Shown: positions 1 through 10,395, counted from the first letter of the stretch. The stretch is 61,920 nt of DNA from an uncultured Alphaproteobacteria bacterium (GCA_902596065.1 CACJSL010000004.1:1-61920), one strand, 5' to 3'. Numbers and translations: made by a program. The notes: generated by a model from the sequence alone, not told the origin.

Positions 1-1620
1 CAACCCCCCAGCTAGGTGTGCTGTAGAGCTACTAATTGTTATAAATAAATCTAGATTTACTAGTAAGGCTGCCAAATTTTCAAAGTCATTAAATAAATCA
101 ATATTAGGATAATTCATAATATTCAATTTTTCTTTTTTGTTTAATTTTTCTATTTCTTTTTCATAATTTCCATATTGTAAGTTTATAAAAGATATTTCAG
201 GCATTTTCAGAATTGGTAAAAAAGAATTTAAATTAATTGATTTTTCTTCCCCAAAAAATTTTCTTTTACTTAGCCAGGAAAAACCAATTTTTATTTTTTT
301 ACATTTTTTATCTAAAACTTCTTTTATATTTTTGATATTAGCTGAATCAGCTCTTAGAAATGCTTCTTGAGGAAAGCTAGTTTTGGTATTTCTAAATTTT
401 GAAGGCAAACTTCCTGCAAAAATTGCTTTATTATAATTTTTTAACTGATCTTTAGATGAAGATATTTTTTTATAAGGAATAAAATTATCAGACTTAAATG
501 ATCTTTTAAAAAGAGAAATTAATCTTTCATCTGTTTCAATAATGGTTTTGGGATATGTGTTTAATAAATCATTATAAATTGAGCTGAACAAAATTTCATC
601 ACCAATACCCTGTTCTTTTATTAAAATAACTTTATCATTTTTTGAAATATCTTGAAATGAGCCGAGTTTTTCTTTTATGTTATCCATATAGCTCCCCGGT
701 ATAATAAATTTATCTTTATTTATTCCTTCGGAAAGCATTTTCCATGCTTTTTGATATTCTTGTTTATATATTAGGAATGATGAATAATTTTTCTTAAAAT
801 TATTATTGTTAGGATCTTCTTTTTCAACATACTGAAAATATTTTTCTGCTTCATTAAAGTTTTCATTAAAAAAATATCCAATAGCTAAGTTTAAATTAAC
901 TGAATTACTTTTTGTTTTTTCTTTAACACTTTCTAAAAATTTTATTCCTTCATTATATTTACCTGTTTCTATTAATAGTGCGCCCATATTAATGATGCCT
1001 TCAATAAAATTAGGAAAAATTGCTAGAGTTTTTTGGAGATACTCAATTGCGATTTTTGGTTCATCTAACTGTCTGAAACAAGTACTTAAGTTATTTAAAA
1101 TAGGGTAATAGTTAGGACTTATTTCAATTCCTTTTAAAAATACTTCTTTTGCTTTTTGTAACTCATTGCTTTTTAGATAAATAAGTCCTTGAATATTTAA
1201 ACCTAAGTGATCATTGGGATTTAATTTTATAAAATTATTAATTATTTTTTTTGCATCATTAATCTTGTTTTGATGAAAATATACATTTGCTTTTTCTCTT
1301 AATGCAGGATGAAAAACTGGATTTATTTTTAATACTTCCTCTAAAAGAGGTAGGCATTTGTCATACTGTTTTTTTTGAAAAAAAATTAAACTTAAGTTAA
1401 ATCGTGATTGCCAATGAAGTTTGTTTTTTATTAATACTTGCTTGTATATAGTTATTGCTTCGTCTATCTCTTCTAAAACTTCACACATGTAGCCTAGATT
1501 ATATAATGCGATAATATCTTTAGGATTTTTCTTCGTAAATTTTTTTAGTTTATTAAATGCAATTAGTTTATCAGAATTTTGAAATTCATTTAAAATGCTG
1601 TTTAAAGAAATATTAGACAT
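1..1620 (-). CDS. TPR-repeat protein with C-terminal glycosyltransferase family 9-like domain (3' end truncated by window edge)
   Basis: Absent from the ORF track. Manual translation from ATG at 1620 (MSNISLNSILNEFQNSDK...) shows TPR-like helices (ALYNLG, ILNNLS), an EQGIGDEILF motif, and ends LDLFITISSSTAHLAGGL, the same motifs as the paralog at 25385-26854. Confidence 0.85.
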   Translation of the reverse strand, partial: MSNISLNSILNEFQNSDKLIAFNKLKKFTKKNPKDIIALYNLGYMCEVLEEIDEAITIYKQVLIKNKLHWQSRFNLSLIFFQKKQYDKCLPLLEEVLKINPVFHPALREKANVYFHQNKINDAKKIINNFIKLNPNDHLGLNIQGLIYLKSNELQKAKEVFLKGIEISPNYYPILNNLSTCFRQLDEPKIAIEYLQKTLAIFPNFIEGIINMGALLIETGKYNEGIKFLESVKEKTKSNSVNLNLAIGYFFNENFNEAEKYFQYVEKEDPNNNNFKKNYSSFLIYKQEYQKAWKMLSEGINKDKFIIPGSYMDNIKEKLGSFQDISKNDKVILIKEQGIGDEILFSSIYNDLLNTYPKTIIETDERLISLFKRSFKSDNFIPYKKISSSKDQLKNYNKAIFAGSLPSKFRNTKTSFPQEAFLRADSANIKNIKEVLDKKCKKIKIGFSWLSKRKFFGEEKSINLNSFLPILKMPEISFINLQYGNYEKEIEKLNKKEKLNIMNYPNIDLFNDFENLAALLVNLDLFITISSSTAHLAGGL

Positions 1621-1652
1621 AAAAAAACCTGACTATTATATAGTCAGGTTTT
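1621..1652 (-). terminator. Intrinsic terminator after the yccA-like gene
   Basis: Perfect 13-bp inverted repeat AAAACCTGACTAT/ATAGTCAGGTTTT ending in a T7 tract on the minus strand. Confidence 0.75.
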
Positions 1653-1671
1653 ATTGTGTAATGAAGAAATT

Positions 1672-2421
1672 TTATCTTCTTTGCCCAAAAAGTTGCAATA
1701 AAAGTATAAATAAGTTGATGAAATCAAGATATAATCTTAGAGCTCCCATTAAAGCTTTTTTAGAACCAACTGAATCTGAATCTCCTGCATAATACATATT
1801 TTTAATAGTTTGAGTGTCATATGCTGTTAAACCAACAAATACCAAAACTCCTATTATAGAAATTACAAAAGCCATAGGGCCAGATTGAATAAAAATATTA
1901 ACAATACTTGCCAAGATAATTCCAATTAAGCCCATAAATAAAAAGCCACCAAGTTTTGTTAAATCTCTTTTAGTTGTATAGCCATAAAGACTCATTGCTG
2001 CAAAAGTTCCTGCAGTAATAAAAAATACTCTTGCTATAGATGTGCCAGTAAACTGCACAAAAACAGAAGCTAGAGATAATCCCATAATTGATGCAAACAA
2101 CCAGAATGTAATTTGAGCACTTGAAACAGACATTTTATTAATTCTAGCACTTAAATAAAAAACAAAACCCAGAGGGGCAAGCATGATAATCCACGATAAA
2201 CCAGAATTAAAAAGCGCTTGTCCAAGTGATGTCAAAATAACTCCGTTTGGTGTAAATGCTGCTACTGATGCTTTACCAAAAAAATAAGCGATAAAACCAG
2301 TAAGTACTAAGCCAGTTGTCATATAGTTATAAACTTTCAGCATATATGCTCTTAAGCCTTCATCAATACCAGCTTGATCAGCTGTTTTTGAATAAGTTCT
2401 TTGATTAAAGTCTAAAGCCAT
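1672..2421 (-). CDS. Bax inhibitor-1/YccA family membrane protein
   Basis: About 7 TM segments; DEGLRAYMLKVYNYM, AYDTQTIK and GALRLYLDFINLF motifs; SD AGGAG upstream. Confidence 0.93.
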   Translation of the reverse strand: MALDFNQRTYSKTADQAGIDEGLRAYMLKVYNYMTTGLVLTGFIAYFFGKASVAAFTPNGVILTSLGQALFNSGLSWIIMLAPLGFVFYLSARINKMSVSSAQITFWLFASIMGLSLASVFVQFTGTSIARVFFITAGTFAAMSLYGYTTKRDLTKLGGFLFMGLIGIILASIVNIFIQSGPMAFVISIIGVLVFVGLTAYDTQTIKNMYYAGDSDSVGSKKALMGALRLYLDFINLFILLLQLFGQRR

Positions 2422-2504
2422 AAATTCTCCTTTTAATTATTACTAATATCGCTATAAATTTGTTAAATTCAAGATATTTAGGAAAAAATTAATATAAATT
2501 TATT

Positions 2505-3557
2505 ATGAGGTATAGAAAATTAGGAAATACAAATACTGACGTAAGCGTCATTTGTCTTGGAACCATGACTTTTGGAGAGCAAAACTCTGAAAAAGATGGT
2601 TTTGAGCAAATGGACTACGCAATTGATAGAGGAGTTAACTTTATTGATACAGCTGAAATGTATGCTGTTCCAACAAGAGCTGAAACATATGGTAAAACTG
2701 AAGAGATAGTTGGAAATTGGATTAAATCTAAAAAAAATAGAGATAAAGTTATTTTAGCGACAAAAATAGCCTCTAAATCAAATGGACTTTCTTGGGTAAG
2801 AGAAGGTGGAAAAAAATTAAGTTTTAATAAAAAAAATATAAATGCCGCTATAGATGCTAGTCTAAAAAGATTAAAGACTGATTATGTTGATTTATATCAA
2901 CTTCATTGGCCAGAAAGAAATGTACCAAAGTTTGGTGTTATGGATTTTGAATATGATCCAAATGATAATGAATGGACCGCAATTGAAGAAGTTTTAGAAA
3001 ATTTAAACCAATTAATAGATCAAGGCAAAGTAAGATATATAGGAGTTTCTAATGAAACACCTTGGGGTTTAATGAAATTTATGCAGGTTGCTAAAGAAAA
3101 AAATTTACCTGTTATGGTTTCGATTCAAAATGTCTATAATTTAGTCAATCGAGTTTTTGATATAGCTAACTCAGAAGTTTCATTAAGAGAAAATTGTGGG
3201 CTATTAGCTTATTCGCCTTTAGCAGGGGGGCGTTTAAGTGGCAAATATTTAAATGATCAAAATCCAAAAAATTCAAGATACACACTTTTCGCATCTATTT
3301 TTGAAAGACATAGAACGCCAAGAGGAGAAGTTGCTATTTCAAAATATGTTAATTTAGCAAATAAATATAACATTGCCCCCTCCACATTTGCTAATGCTTT
3401 TGTTAATGACAGGCCTTTTGTAACTAGTAATATTATTGGGGCAACAACAATGGACCAGCTTAAAGAAAATATTGACAGTATAGACATTAAGTTCTCAGAT
3501 GAAATATTACGAGAAATTGAAGATATTCATCTTGCAGATCCTAATCCATGCGTGTGA
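2505..3557 (+). CDS. tas: NADP(H)-dependent aldo/keto reductase (Tas-like)
   Basis: ICLGTMTFGEQ, NFIDTAEMY, DLYQLHWPER, GVSNETPWG and LLAYSPLAGG motifs. Confidence 0.88.
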   Translation: MRYRKLGNTNTDVSVICLGTMTFGEQNSEKDGFEQMDYAIDRGVNFIDTAEMYAVPTRAETYGKTEEIVGNWIKSKKNRDKVILATKIASKSNGLSWVREGGKKLSFNKKNINAAIDASLKRLKTDYVDLYQLHWPERNVPKFGVMDFEYDPNDNEWTAIEEVLENLNQLIDQGKVRYIGVSNETPWGLMKFMQVAKEKNLPVMVSIQNVYNLVNRVFDIANSEVSLRENCGLLAYSPLAGGRLSGKYLNDQNPKNSRYTLFASIFERHRTPRGEVAISKYVNLANKYNIAPSTFANAFVNDRPFVTSNIIGATTMDQLKENIDSIDIKFSDEILREIEDIHLADPNPCV

Positions 3558-3583
3558 TATTTTAAATATTATTATTTTAGGAA

Positions 3584-4447
3584 TTAAATTTTAATTTTAT
3601 TCAATAATTTTTCAACATCTCTAATATAGGTCCGATCCCAAAGATGAACATTTAAAAGACAATAATATAATTGATAAATTGGCTCATATTCAAAATACTC
3701 TCTTTCAATAGGTATAATATTAGAATAAACTTTTATAAATTCTTCATTAACAAAATTAAACCAAGTTAAATAAGCTATTTCTAATTCATTATGTCCAAAA
3801 AAAATTCCTGGATCTATTAGCCCTACTAATTTACCATTGTTGTATAAAATATTACCCGCCCATAAATCTCCATGTAATAATCTAGGAATAGGATTGTTTG
3901 GTATCAAATTATGAATATTTTTTAATAATTTTTCAATTCTCTGGTTTATGTGACTTGCCATCGGGTTATCATTATTAATTAACTCAAAAATAGAATTTAA
4001 TCTTTTGTCTCTAAAAAAAATATCCCAATTATCTGTGAATTCATTTTTTTGTTTTAAAGCTCCAATTTGCGAATCAAATTTAAAACCATATTTTTCGTGT
4101 GTATTTTGATGAATTTTTAATATTTCTTCTGCTAAGATAATTTGATAATTTTTATCTTTAATATTATTATTTTCAATGTAATCGATAATAAGAAGCTCAT
4201 TTGAATTGAATTTTATCTTAGGTACAAGCGATGTTATATTTGCTAAATAAGATAATGAATTCTTTTCGCTAATAATAGAATTAAATTCCTCTTTTTTATT
4301 TTGATAATATTTTACTACAAAAGCCTCATTATTTTTTAACAATATTTTTTCACATATCATATTGAATGAATTAGAAAGTATTTTTCTAGTTTTTATTTTT
4401 TTATCTGATACGTAATTGGCTATTTGATTTTCTACTATTTTATTCAC
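3584..4447 (-). CDS. Fructosamine kinase family protein
   Basis: PRLLHGDLWAGN, LIDP..FFGHNELEIA and YQLYYCLLNVHLW motifs. Confidence 0.85.
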   Translation of the reverse strand: MNKIVENQIANYVSDKKIKTRKILSNSFNMICEKILLKNNEAFVVKYYQNKKEEFNSIISEKNSLSYLANITSLVPKIKFNSNELLIIDYIENNNIKDKNYQIILAEEILKIHQNTHEKYGFKFDSQIGALKQKNEFTDNWDIFFRDKRLNSIFELINNDNPMASHINQRIEKLLKNIHNLIPNNPIPRLLHGDLWAGNILYNNGKLVGLIDPGIFFGHNELEIAYLTWFNFVNEEFIKVYSNIIPIEREYFEYEPIYQLYYCLLNVHLWDRTYIRDVEKLLNKIKI

Positions 4448-4477
4448 GATTAAAATTTTATAAAATTATAATAATTA

Positions 4478-5473
4478 TTATGAAATTTTTGTATATATTT
4501 TTCCAGTATTTATTCTTGCATGATTAAATATTTTTTCATTAGTCCATTTAGAAAGTCCTCTTAGTTCTTTTTTATTTAATAAATTTAATTTCTTGAAAAT
4601 ACTATTTGCTACTGAAGGTAATGCTCTTTCATTTCCATCCTCAACCTTAATAATTCCTCCAACCTTTTTTTCTTTATGAGCGAATAACAATACTCCTTCA
4701 GCACCTCCCTTCGCAAAAATTTTTCCCCCAGTAATTTTAATTAGTTGACAAGGGTATATGTTTTTGCTTCCTGTAAGTTGAGGATATCTTTCAATAGCTT
4801 TTAAAAGAATTTTAACCTCTTTATTATATTTATTTTTTTCATCATAACTTTTAATTATATTGATCATTGCAATAGCAAGGTTTTCCATAGGAAAAGCATA
4901 TTGTGGTGCACTGCAACCATCTATGCCCTTTTGAATTTTTTTAACCTTACATTCTGTAAAGTCTTCTAAGCATTTTCTTATTTTTTTTTGGTATGGATGA
5001 TTAATATTTAAATAATCTACAATATTTAAGTTGTTAGCTTTACAACCTGAAATCATCCCCAAATGTTTTCCAGCACAATTATTATGTAATTGATTTGGTT
5101 TGATACCACTTAATAATATTTTGTTAGAAGATTTTAAATTTATAGGATTGTGGACTCCACATTTTAATTGATGTATTTTTATTTTTGTTTTTTCTAACCA
5201 TTTTTTTAATACATTTATATGTTCCTGCTCTCCACAATGAGACGAACAACAAATTGCTATCTGTTTTTGTGTTAAATTATATTTATTTTTTGCTTGAGAC
5301 TGAATAAAAGGAATAGCTTGTAATATTTTAATCGCTGATCTTGGATAAACTAAGTCTTTATTATTTTTAGTCGAAAAAACTGTTTTGTAATTATAGTTTT
5401 TTATAACACACTTTGATTTGTGAGTACTCTCAATAAGATTTCCCCTAGTTATGTGGGTCTGTATTTGTGTCAT
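4478..5473 (-). CDS. L-asparaginase, Rhizobium etli type (Asparaginase II / class 3)
   Basis: RGNLIESTH, YPRSAIK, CSSHCGE, HNNCAGKH, GIDGCSAP and AKGGAEGV motifs. Confidence 0.88.
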   Translation of the reverse strand: MTQIQTHITRGNLIESTHKSKCVIKNYNYKTVFSTKNNKDLVYPRSAIKILQAIPFIQSQAKNKYNLTQKQIAICCSSHCGEQEHINVLKKWLEKTKIKIHQLKCGVHNPINLKSSNKILLSGIKPNQLHNNCAGKHLGMISGCKANNLNIVDYLNINHPYQKKIRKCLEDFTECKVKKIQKGIDGCSAPQYAFPMENLAIAMINIIKSYDEKNKYNKEVKILLKAIERYPQLTGSKNIYPCQLIKITGGKIFAKGGAEGVLLFAHKEKKVGGIIKVEDGNERALPSVANSIFKKLNLLNKKELRGLSKWTNEKIFNHARINTGKIYTKIS

Positions 5474-5644
5474 AACCTATAATGTCATAAAATACAGTAC
5501 AAGTCTCTTTGAATTTTTTTTAGCATTTTAAATTTTTTAGCAAAATAATCAAATTTACAATAATATTAAATATCCATAAAATGTTAAAACTACCTTCCAA
5601 CCTTTAATTTTTTGGTATAATAGAAACTTACAGTAATTAGTATT

Positions 5645-6118
5645 ATGAATAAAATATTAAGTTTATTTTTTGGAATTTCTTTTTTTATCCTTTCATTTTC
5701 ACCCTCAGTTTTTGGTGAGATTATCAAAGGCCAATGGGAATTTGTAAAAGAGCCAGAATACTGCTTTATTCAAAGTGCTCCAATTGAAACAAAAATTCCA
5801 GAAGGTAAAACTAGAGGACAACATTATATCCTGGTATATAGAATGCATAAAAGCCCTGATATAATAGTTCAAATAACTGCAGGATTTAATTACAAAGATT
5901 CGGGTGCAGTCGAGGTTAAAATTGATTCTAGTAACTATGATTTTTATACAGACGGGGATACTGCTTGGGCTAAAGAAGATAAAAAAGTCATATATGCAAT
6001 GAAAAAGGGATTACAATTAGAGACAACTGGAATTTCAAGTAAGGGAACTAAGGTTATTGATATTTATACTTTGAAAGGATTTACCTCAGCAGTTAACAAA
6101 CTTACCAAAGATTGTTAA
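5645..6118 (+). CDS. Invasion-associated locus B (IalB) family exported protein
   Basis: Signal peptide; W...[30 protein letters not shown] and a C-terminal Cys. Confidence 0.8.
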   Translation: MNKILSLFFGISFFILSFSPSVFGEIIKGQWEFVKEPEYCFIQSAPIETKIPEGKTRGQHYILVYRMHKSPDIIVQITAGFNYKDSGAVEVKIDSSNYDFYTDGDTAWAKEDKKVIYAMKKGLQLETTGISSKGTKVIDIYTLKGFTSAVNKLTKDC

Positions 6119-6119
6119 C

Positions 6120-7307
6120 GTGGTAAAAAAAATAGTACTAGCATATTCAGGTGGGTTAGACACAAGTGTTATATTAAAATGGTTACAACTAAAATATAAT
6201 TGTCCTGTAGCAACATTTACAGCTGATTTAGGGCAAGGAGATGAGCTTGAGCCAATAAAGGAAAAAGCAGAATCACTTGGGGTAAAAGAAATATTCATAG
6301 AAAATCTTCAAGAAGAATTTGTAAAAAACTATGTCTTCCCAATGTTCAGAGCAAATACCTTATATGAAGGATCATATTTATTAGGAACGGCTATAGCAAG
6401 ACCCCTAATAGCAAAAAGACAAATTGAAATAGCAAAGGAAATAGGAGCAGATTCAGTAGCTCATGGTGCAACCGGCAAAGGAAATGATCAAGTACGTTTT
6501 GAGTTAGGTTACTATGCAAACGACTCTTCAATAATTGTTATAGCTCCTTGGAGAGAGTGGGATTTAAGTTCTAGAAAAGAATTAGTTAATTTTGCTCAAA
6601 AATATCAAATACCAATTCCTAAAGATAAAAAAGGTGAACCTCCTTTTAGTACAGATGCTAATCTGTTACATACTTCTTCAGAAGGTAAAGTTTTGGAAGA
6701 TCCATGGTTGGAGGCGCCTGAATATGTATATAATCGTACAACCTCTCTATTAGATGCACCTGATAAGCCTGAAGAAATAAATATTATTTTTGAGAATGGA
6801 GACCCTATTGCTGTAAATAACAAAAAGATGAAAGCTCATGAAATTCTTACTTCCTTAAACAATATAGCTGGCAAACATGGAGTCGGACGAATTGATATTG
6901 TTGAAAATAGATTAGTAGGTATGAAATCCAGAGGTGTTTATGAAACTCCAGGAGGAACTATACTGCTTCATGCACATAGAGCAATTGAGAGCATAACTTT
7001 AGACAGAGGTGAGGCTCATTTAAAAGATGAAATTATGCCTAAATATGCAGAGATAATTTACAATGGCCTTTGGTTTTCTTCAGAGAGAGAATCAATGCAA
7101 AAAATTATTGATAAAACTCAAGTAAATGTCTCTGGAGAAGTTTGTTTAAAAATTTATAAAGGAAACGTAATAGTATGTGGCCGTAAATCAAAAAATAGCT
7201 TATACGATACGTCTTTAGTATCTTTTGATGAAGAAGGTCAATTTAATCAAAAAGATGCCGAAGGTTTTATAAAAATTTTATCACTACGTTTAAAAAAAAG
7301 AAAATAA
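6120..7307 (+). CDS. argG: Argininosuccinate synthase
   Basis: [23 protein letters not shown] and [13 protein letters not shown] motifs. Confidence 0.98.
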   Translation: MVKKIVLAYSGGLDTSVILKWLQLKYNCPVATFTADLGQGDELEPIKEKAESLGVKEIFIENLQEEFVKNYVFPMFRANTLYEGSYLLGTAIARPLIAKRQIEIAKEIGADSVAHGATGKGNDQVRFELGYYANDSSIIVIAPWREWDLSSRKELVNFAQKYQIPIPKDKKGEPPFSTDANLLHTSSEGKVLEDPWLEAPEYVYNRTTSLLDAPDKPEEINIIFENGDPIAVNNKKMKAHEILTSLNNIAGKHGVGRIDIVENRLVGMKSRGVYETPGGTILLHAHRAIESITLDRGEAHLKDEIMPKYAEIIYNGLWFSSERESMQKIIDKTQVNVSGEVCLKIYKGNVIVCGRKSKNSLYDTSLVSFDEEGQFNQKDAEGFIKILSLRLKKRK

Positions 7308-8189
7308 TTATCTTGAATTTTTGAATGCAATTGCTGTATTTCTTAATAAACAAGCAATTGTCATAGGACCCACACCTCCCGGCACAGGTGTAATTGCTGA
7401 GGCATTTTTTTCTGCTTCTTTAAAATCTACATCACCCACAAGTTTATTTTTTCTCTCACCACCAATTTCTACTTCTACGCGATTAATACCCACATCAATA
7501 ACAATTGCTCCTTTTTTTATCCATTCACCTTTTATCATTTTAGGTCTTCCAACTGCAGCAACGACTATATCAGCATTTTGACAAATACCAGGTAAGTCTT
7601 TTGTTTTAGAATGTGCAACAGTTACCGTACAAGATTCTTTAATTAATAATTGTGCCATAGGTTTTCCAACTATATTGGATCTTCCTACAACAACTGCATT
7701 TTTTCCTGCAAGTTCAATATTTAAACCTTTTAACATCAGAAGACATCCATAAGGAGTGCATGGGATAAGTAAATTTTCATCATTATGTGAGGCAATTGAA
7801 AGTTTACCAACATTTAGTGGATGAAAACCATCAGCATCTTTATCAGGATGAATGGAATCTAAAATTAATTGCTCATTCATGTGTTTAGGTAGCGGCAACT
7901 GTACCAAAATACCATTAACATTCTTTTGAGTATTTAATTTTTCAATTAAGTTTAGGAGCTCATCTTCAGATATAGATTCTTCAAGATGATGGTCTATTAC
8001 TTCAATTCCAACTTCTTGGGCACTTTTAGTTTTAGCCTTTACATACACACTACTAGCTGCAACGTTTCCTACTTGAACAACTGCAAGTCCTGGAACAGCA
8101 TTATATTTTTTCTTTAAATCTTTAATTTCTTTATTTAAATCTTCCCTTAATTTTTTAGAAATTTCTTTTCCATCTATTATTATAGTCAT
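7308..8189 (-). CDS. folD: Methylenetetrahydrofolate dehydrogenase/cyclohydrolase
   Basis: IIDGK, GILVQLPLP, VGRSNIVGKP and TPVPGGVGPMT motifs; start placed at ATG 8189, overlapping the yggT stop. Confidence 0.97.
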   Translation of the reverse strand: MTIIIDGKEISKKLREDLNKEIKDLKKKYNAVPGLAVVQVGNVAASSVYVKAKTKSAQEVGIEVIDHHLEESISEDELLNLIEKLNTQKNVNGILVQLPLPKHMNEQLILDSIHPDKDADGFHPLNVGKLSIASHNDENLLIPCTPYGCLLMLKGLNIELAGKNAVVVGRSNIVGKPMAQLLIKESCTVTVAHSKTKDLPGICQNADIVVAAVGRPKMIKGEWIKKGAIVIDVGINRVEVEIGGERKNKLVGDVDFKEAEKNASAITPVPGGVGPMTIACLLRNTAIAFKNSR

Positions 8190-8473
8190 TAATACCTCGG
8201 CCAATATTCAATTAATAAACTTTTAATAAACCATAACAGTAAGTAAACAATTACTGGTGAAATATCTATAGCACCTAAATTTGGTAAATATTGTCTTACA
8301 AGTCTTAAGCTAGGTTCACATAGTCGAAAAAGCGCATTCATCATACTAAATATAAATCGATTGGAAGTATTGATAATATTAAAACTAATTAACCAAGTCA
8401 TTATAATATAAATTAATAAAATAAATTGGTACAAATTTATGATTTGAATAATAAGCCCTAATAATGAATTCAT
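8189..8473 (-). CDS. yggT: YggT family membrane protein
   Basis: Two TM segments; LCEP.L..VRQYLP and GAIDISP motifs; usual position upstream of folD. Confidence 0.9.
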   Translation of the reverse strand: MNSLLGLIIQIINLYQFILLIYIIMTWLISFNIINTSNRFIFSMMNALFRLCEPSLRLVRQYLPNLGAIDISPVIVYLLLWFIKSLLIEYWPRY

Positions 8474-8518
8474 GTATTTTGCACTTCGTAAAAATTTTTT
8501 TTATACTATTAATTAAAT

Positions 8519-8546
8519 AAAAAAAGCGGCTTAAGCCGCTTTTTTT
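8519..8546. terminator. Intrinsic terminator after the SBP gene (potentially bidirectional)
   Basis: Perfect palindrome AAAAAAAGCGGC-TTAA-GCCGCTTTTTTT. Confidence 0.9.
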
Positions 8547-8563
8547 AAACAAAAACAATTAAA

Positions 8564-9394
8564 TTACATAGAAATATCTCTACCGAACCACTGTTTAGTG
8601 ATTTCTGCAGTAGTACCGTCGGCACTCATTTCAGCTATTGCTTTATTAAACATTTCTAAAATATCAGTGTCTTCTTTTCTAACAGCGCCACCAACACCAT
8701 CTCCAAAAACTCCTCCAGAGAATTTTGGTCCTGTTAAAACTACATCAACACCACCATCTGAGTCCATAAAATCAATAAGAGATCCAACATCAGCAAGTAT
8801 TGCATCGCATCGTCCTGCAGCTAAATCAAGATTATGATCATCAACTGCTTGGTAAAGTCTTACATCTACAGCTCCTGCCATATGTTTTTCTAAAAAGTTT
8901 TGATGAATTGTAGAAGATTGAACACAAACAGTCTTACCATTCATTGCAGCAATTAATTGACCTATAGCTGCCTGTTCTTTTCCACCTGCATTATTTAAAT
9001 TTACTTTTTCTGATCCAACTGACAAATTTGCTAATCCACTACCTTTTAAGACAGCAAAACTTGCAGGGTCGGTCATATATCCATTAGTAAAGTTTACTTT
9101 TTCTTTTCTTTCTTCAGTAATTGACATACCAGCAATGATGATGTCATACTTACCATTAAGTAAAGCAGGGATAATACCATCCCAATCTTGAGTTACCCAT
9201 TCACAGTCAGCACTCATTCTTTTGCACAGCTCATTACCAAAATCAATTTCAGCACCTTCAAGCTCGCCAGCAGAATTTAAATTATTCCAAGGTGGGTATG
9301 CACCTTCAGTTCCTATTCTTATTGTCTTAGCACTTGCAACTGTAGTTAAGCATAAAGCACTAAGAGCTATTAAAGATAATATAAATTTTTTCAC
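8564..9394 (-). CDS. Polar amino acid ABC transporter substrate-binding protein (Arg/Lys/Orn/octopine family)
   Basis: Signal peptide; IGTEGAYPPWN, QDWDGIIPAL, AGMSITEER and GVGGAVRK motifs; strong SD AGGAGG before GTG. Confidence 0.92.
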   Translation of the reverse strand: MKKFILSLIALSALCLTTVASAKTIRIGTEGAYPPWNNLNSAGELEGAEIDFGNELCKRMSADCEWVTQDWDGIIPALLNGKYDIIIAGMSITEERKEKVNFTNGYMTDPASFAVLKGSGLANLSVGSEKVNLNNAGGKEQAAIGQLIAAMNGKTVCVQSSTIHQNFLEKHMAGAVDVRLYQAVDDHNLDLAAGRCDAILADVGSLIDFMDSDGGVDVVLTGPKFSGGVFGDGVGGAVRKEDTDILEMFNKAIAEMSADGTTAEITKQWFGRDISM

Positions 9395-9497
9395 AATTCC
9401 TCCTAATGACCTATACAGTTAATAGGTCTTAAAATTTTATTTTTATATGTTCGTTATAGTTAAAATTATAAAAAAGGAAATAAATAGTCAGCTTTTC

Positions 9498-9899
9498 TTA
9501 GTTTTTTTTGATTCTAAAAATTAGGAAAATCAAGGATATTGCTAAAATAACAAAAGGAAAGAACCATAAAAAATAATTTTTAATGTTCATTTGGGGCTCA
9601 AAGACTATGTATTCCCCATATCTTTGTACAAGAAATTTAATTATCTCTTTCTCAGTATGTCCACTTTCTAATTTTTGAACTATTATTTTTTTTATATCTT
9701 TTGAAAAGTCAGCATCTGAATCATAAATGCTTTGATTTTGGCAAGTCATACAACGTAATTTTGATGATATTTTTTTTAAATCTTTTTCAGAATATGCATT
9801 TGTAGAACCTGAGAACAGAAATATAAAAAAACAAATCAACAAAAATAAAAAATATTTTAGAAAATTTTCAGTTAAGTAAGGGATAAATATCATTTTCAA
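9498..9899 (-). CDS. ccmH: Cytochrome c biogenesis protein CcmH (N-terminal/CcmL-type)
   Basis: LRCMTCQNQSI (LRCxxC), RYGEYI and a C-terminal TM; exact start uncertain. Confidence 0.9.
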   Translation of the reverse strand: MKMIFIPYLTENFLKYFLFLLICFFIFLFSGSTNAYSEKDLKKISSKLRCMTCQNQSIYDSDADFSKDIKKIIVQKLESGHTEKEIIKFLVQRYGEYIVFEPQMNIKNYFLWFFPFVILAISLIFLIFRIKKN

Positions 9900-10395
9900 T
9901 AATTTTTTTATCTAATGGGCCTAAGTGTTTATAGATAATTTTTCCGTTTTTATTAATTAAAAAAGTTTCTGGTAGTCCAAAAACTCCAAATTCTAAACCA
10001 ATTAAACCTTGTTTATCATAACCCACAAAATCATAAGGGTTACCATCTTTTTTCAAATAATCTAATGCGTCATTTTTTGAATCTTTATAATCAACTCCAA
10101 TTATAAATAAGTTAGGATACTCTTCTTTGATCGTAAAAAAAAGAGGGTGCTCAATTTTACAAGGAGCACACCAAGACGCAAAAAAATTAACTAAAATCAA
10201 TTTATCATTAAGTTCAATATTTGTTAAAAATTTTTTTTCATCAAATAAATCTGGGATTTTTATTTTTGGTACATCTTCATTTAAAAGAGCGCTAGGAGGT
10301 TTTTTAGGATCTTTGTTTTGTAAGAGATAAAATAATAAAAAACTTGAAATAATTAAAGTTAATATAAATGGTATAATTAATATAATTTTCTTCAT
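9868..10395 (-). CDS. ccmG: Thiol:disulfide interchange protein CcmG/DsbE
   Basis: NFFASWCAPCKIEHP and GVFGLPETF motifs; N-terminal TM. Confidence 0.95.
   Translation of the reverse strand: MKKIILIIPFILTLIISSFLLFYLLQNKDPKKPPSALLNEDVPKIKIPDLFDEKKFLTNIELNDKLILVNFFASWCAPCKIEHPLFFTIKEEYPNLFIIGVDYKDSKNDALDYLKKDGNPYDFVGYDKQGLIGLEFGVFGLPETFLINKNGKIIYKHLGPLDKKIIENDIYPLLN

Noticed and set aside
1595-1792. 65-aa plus-strand ORF
   Set aside because: Antisense to two real genes and spans a terminator.
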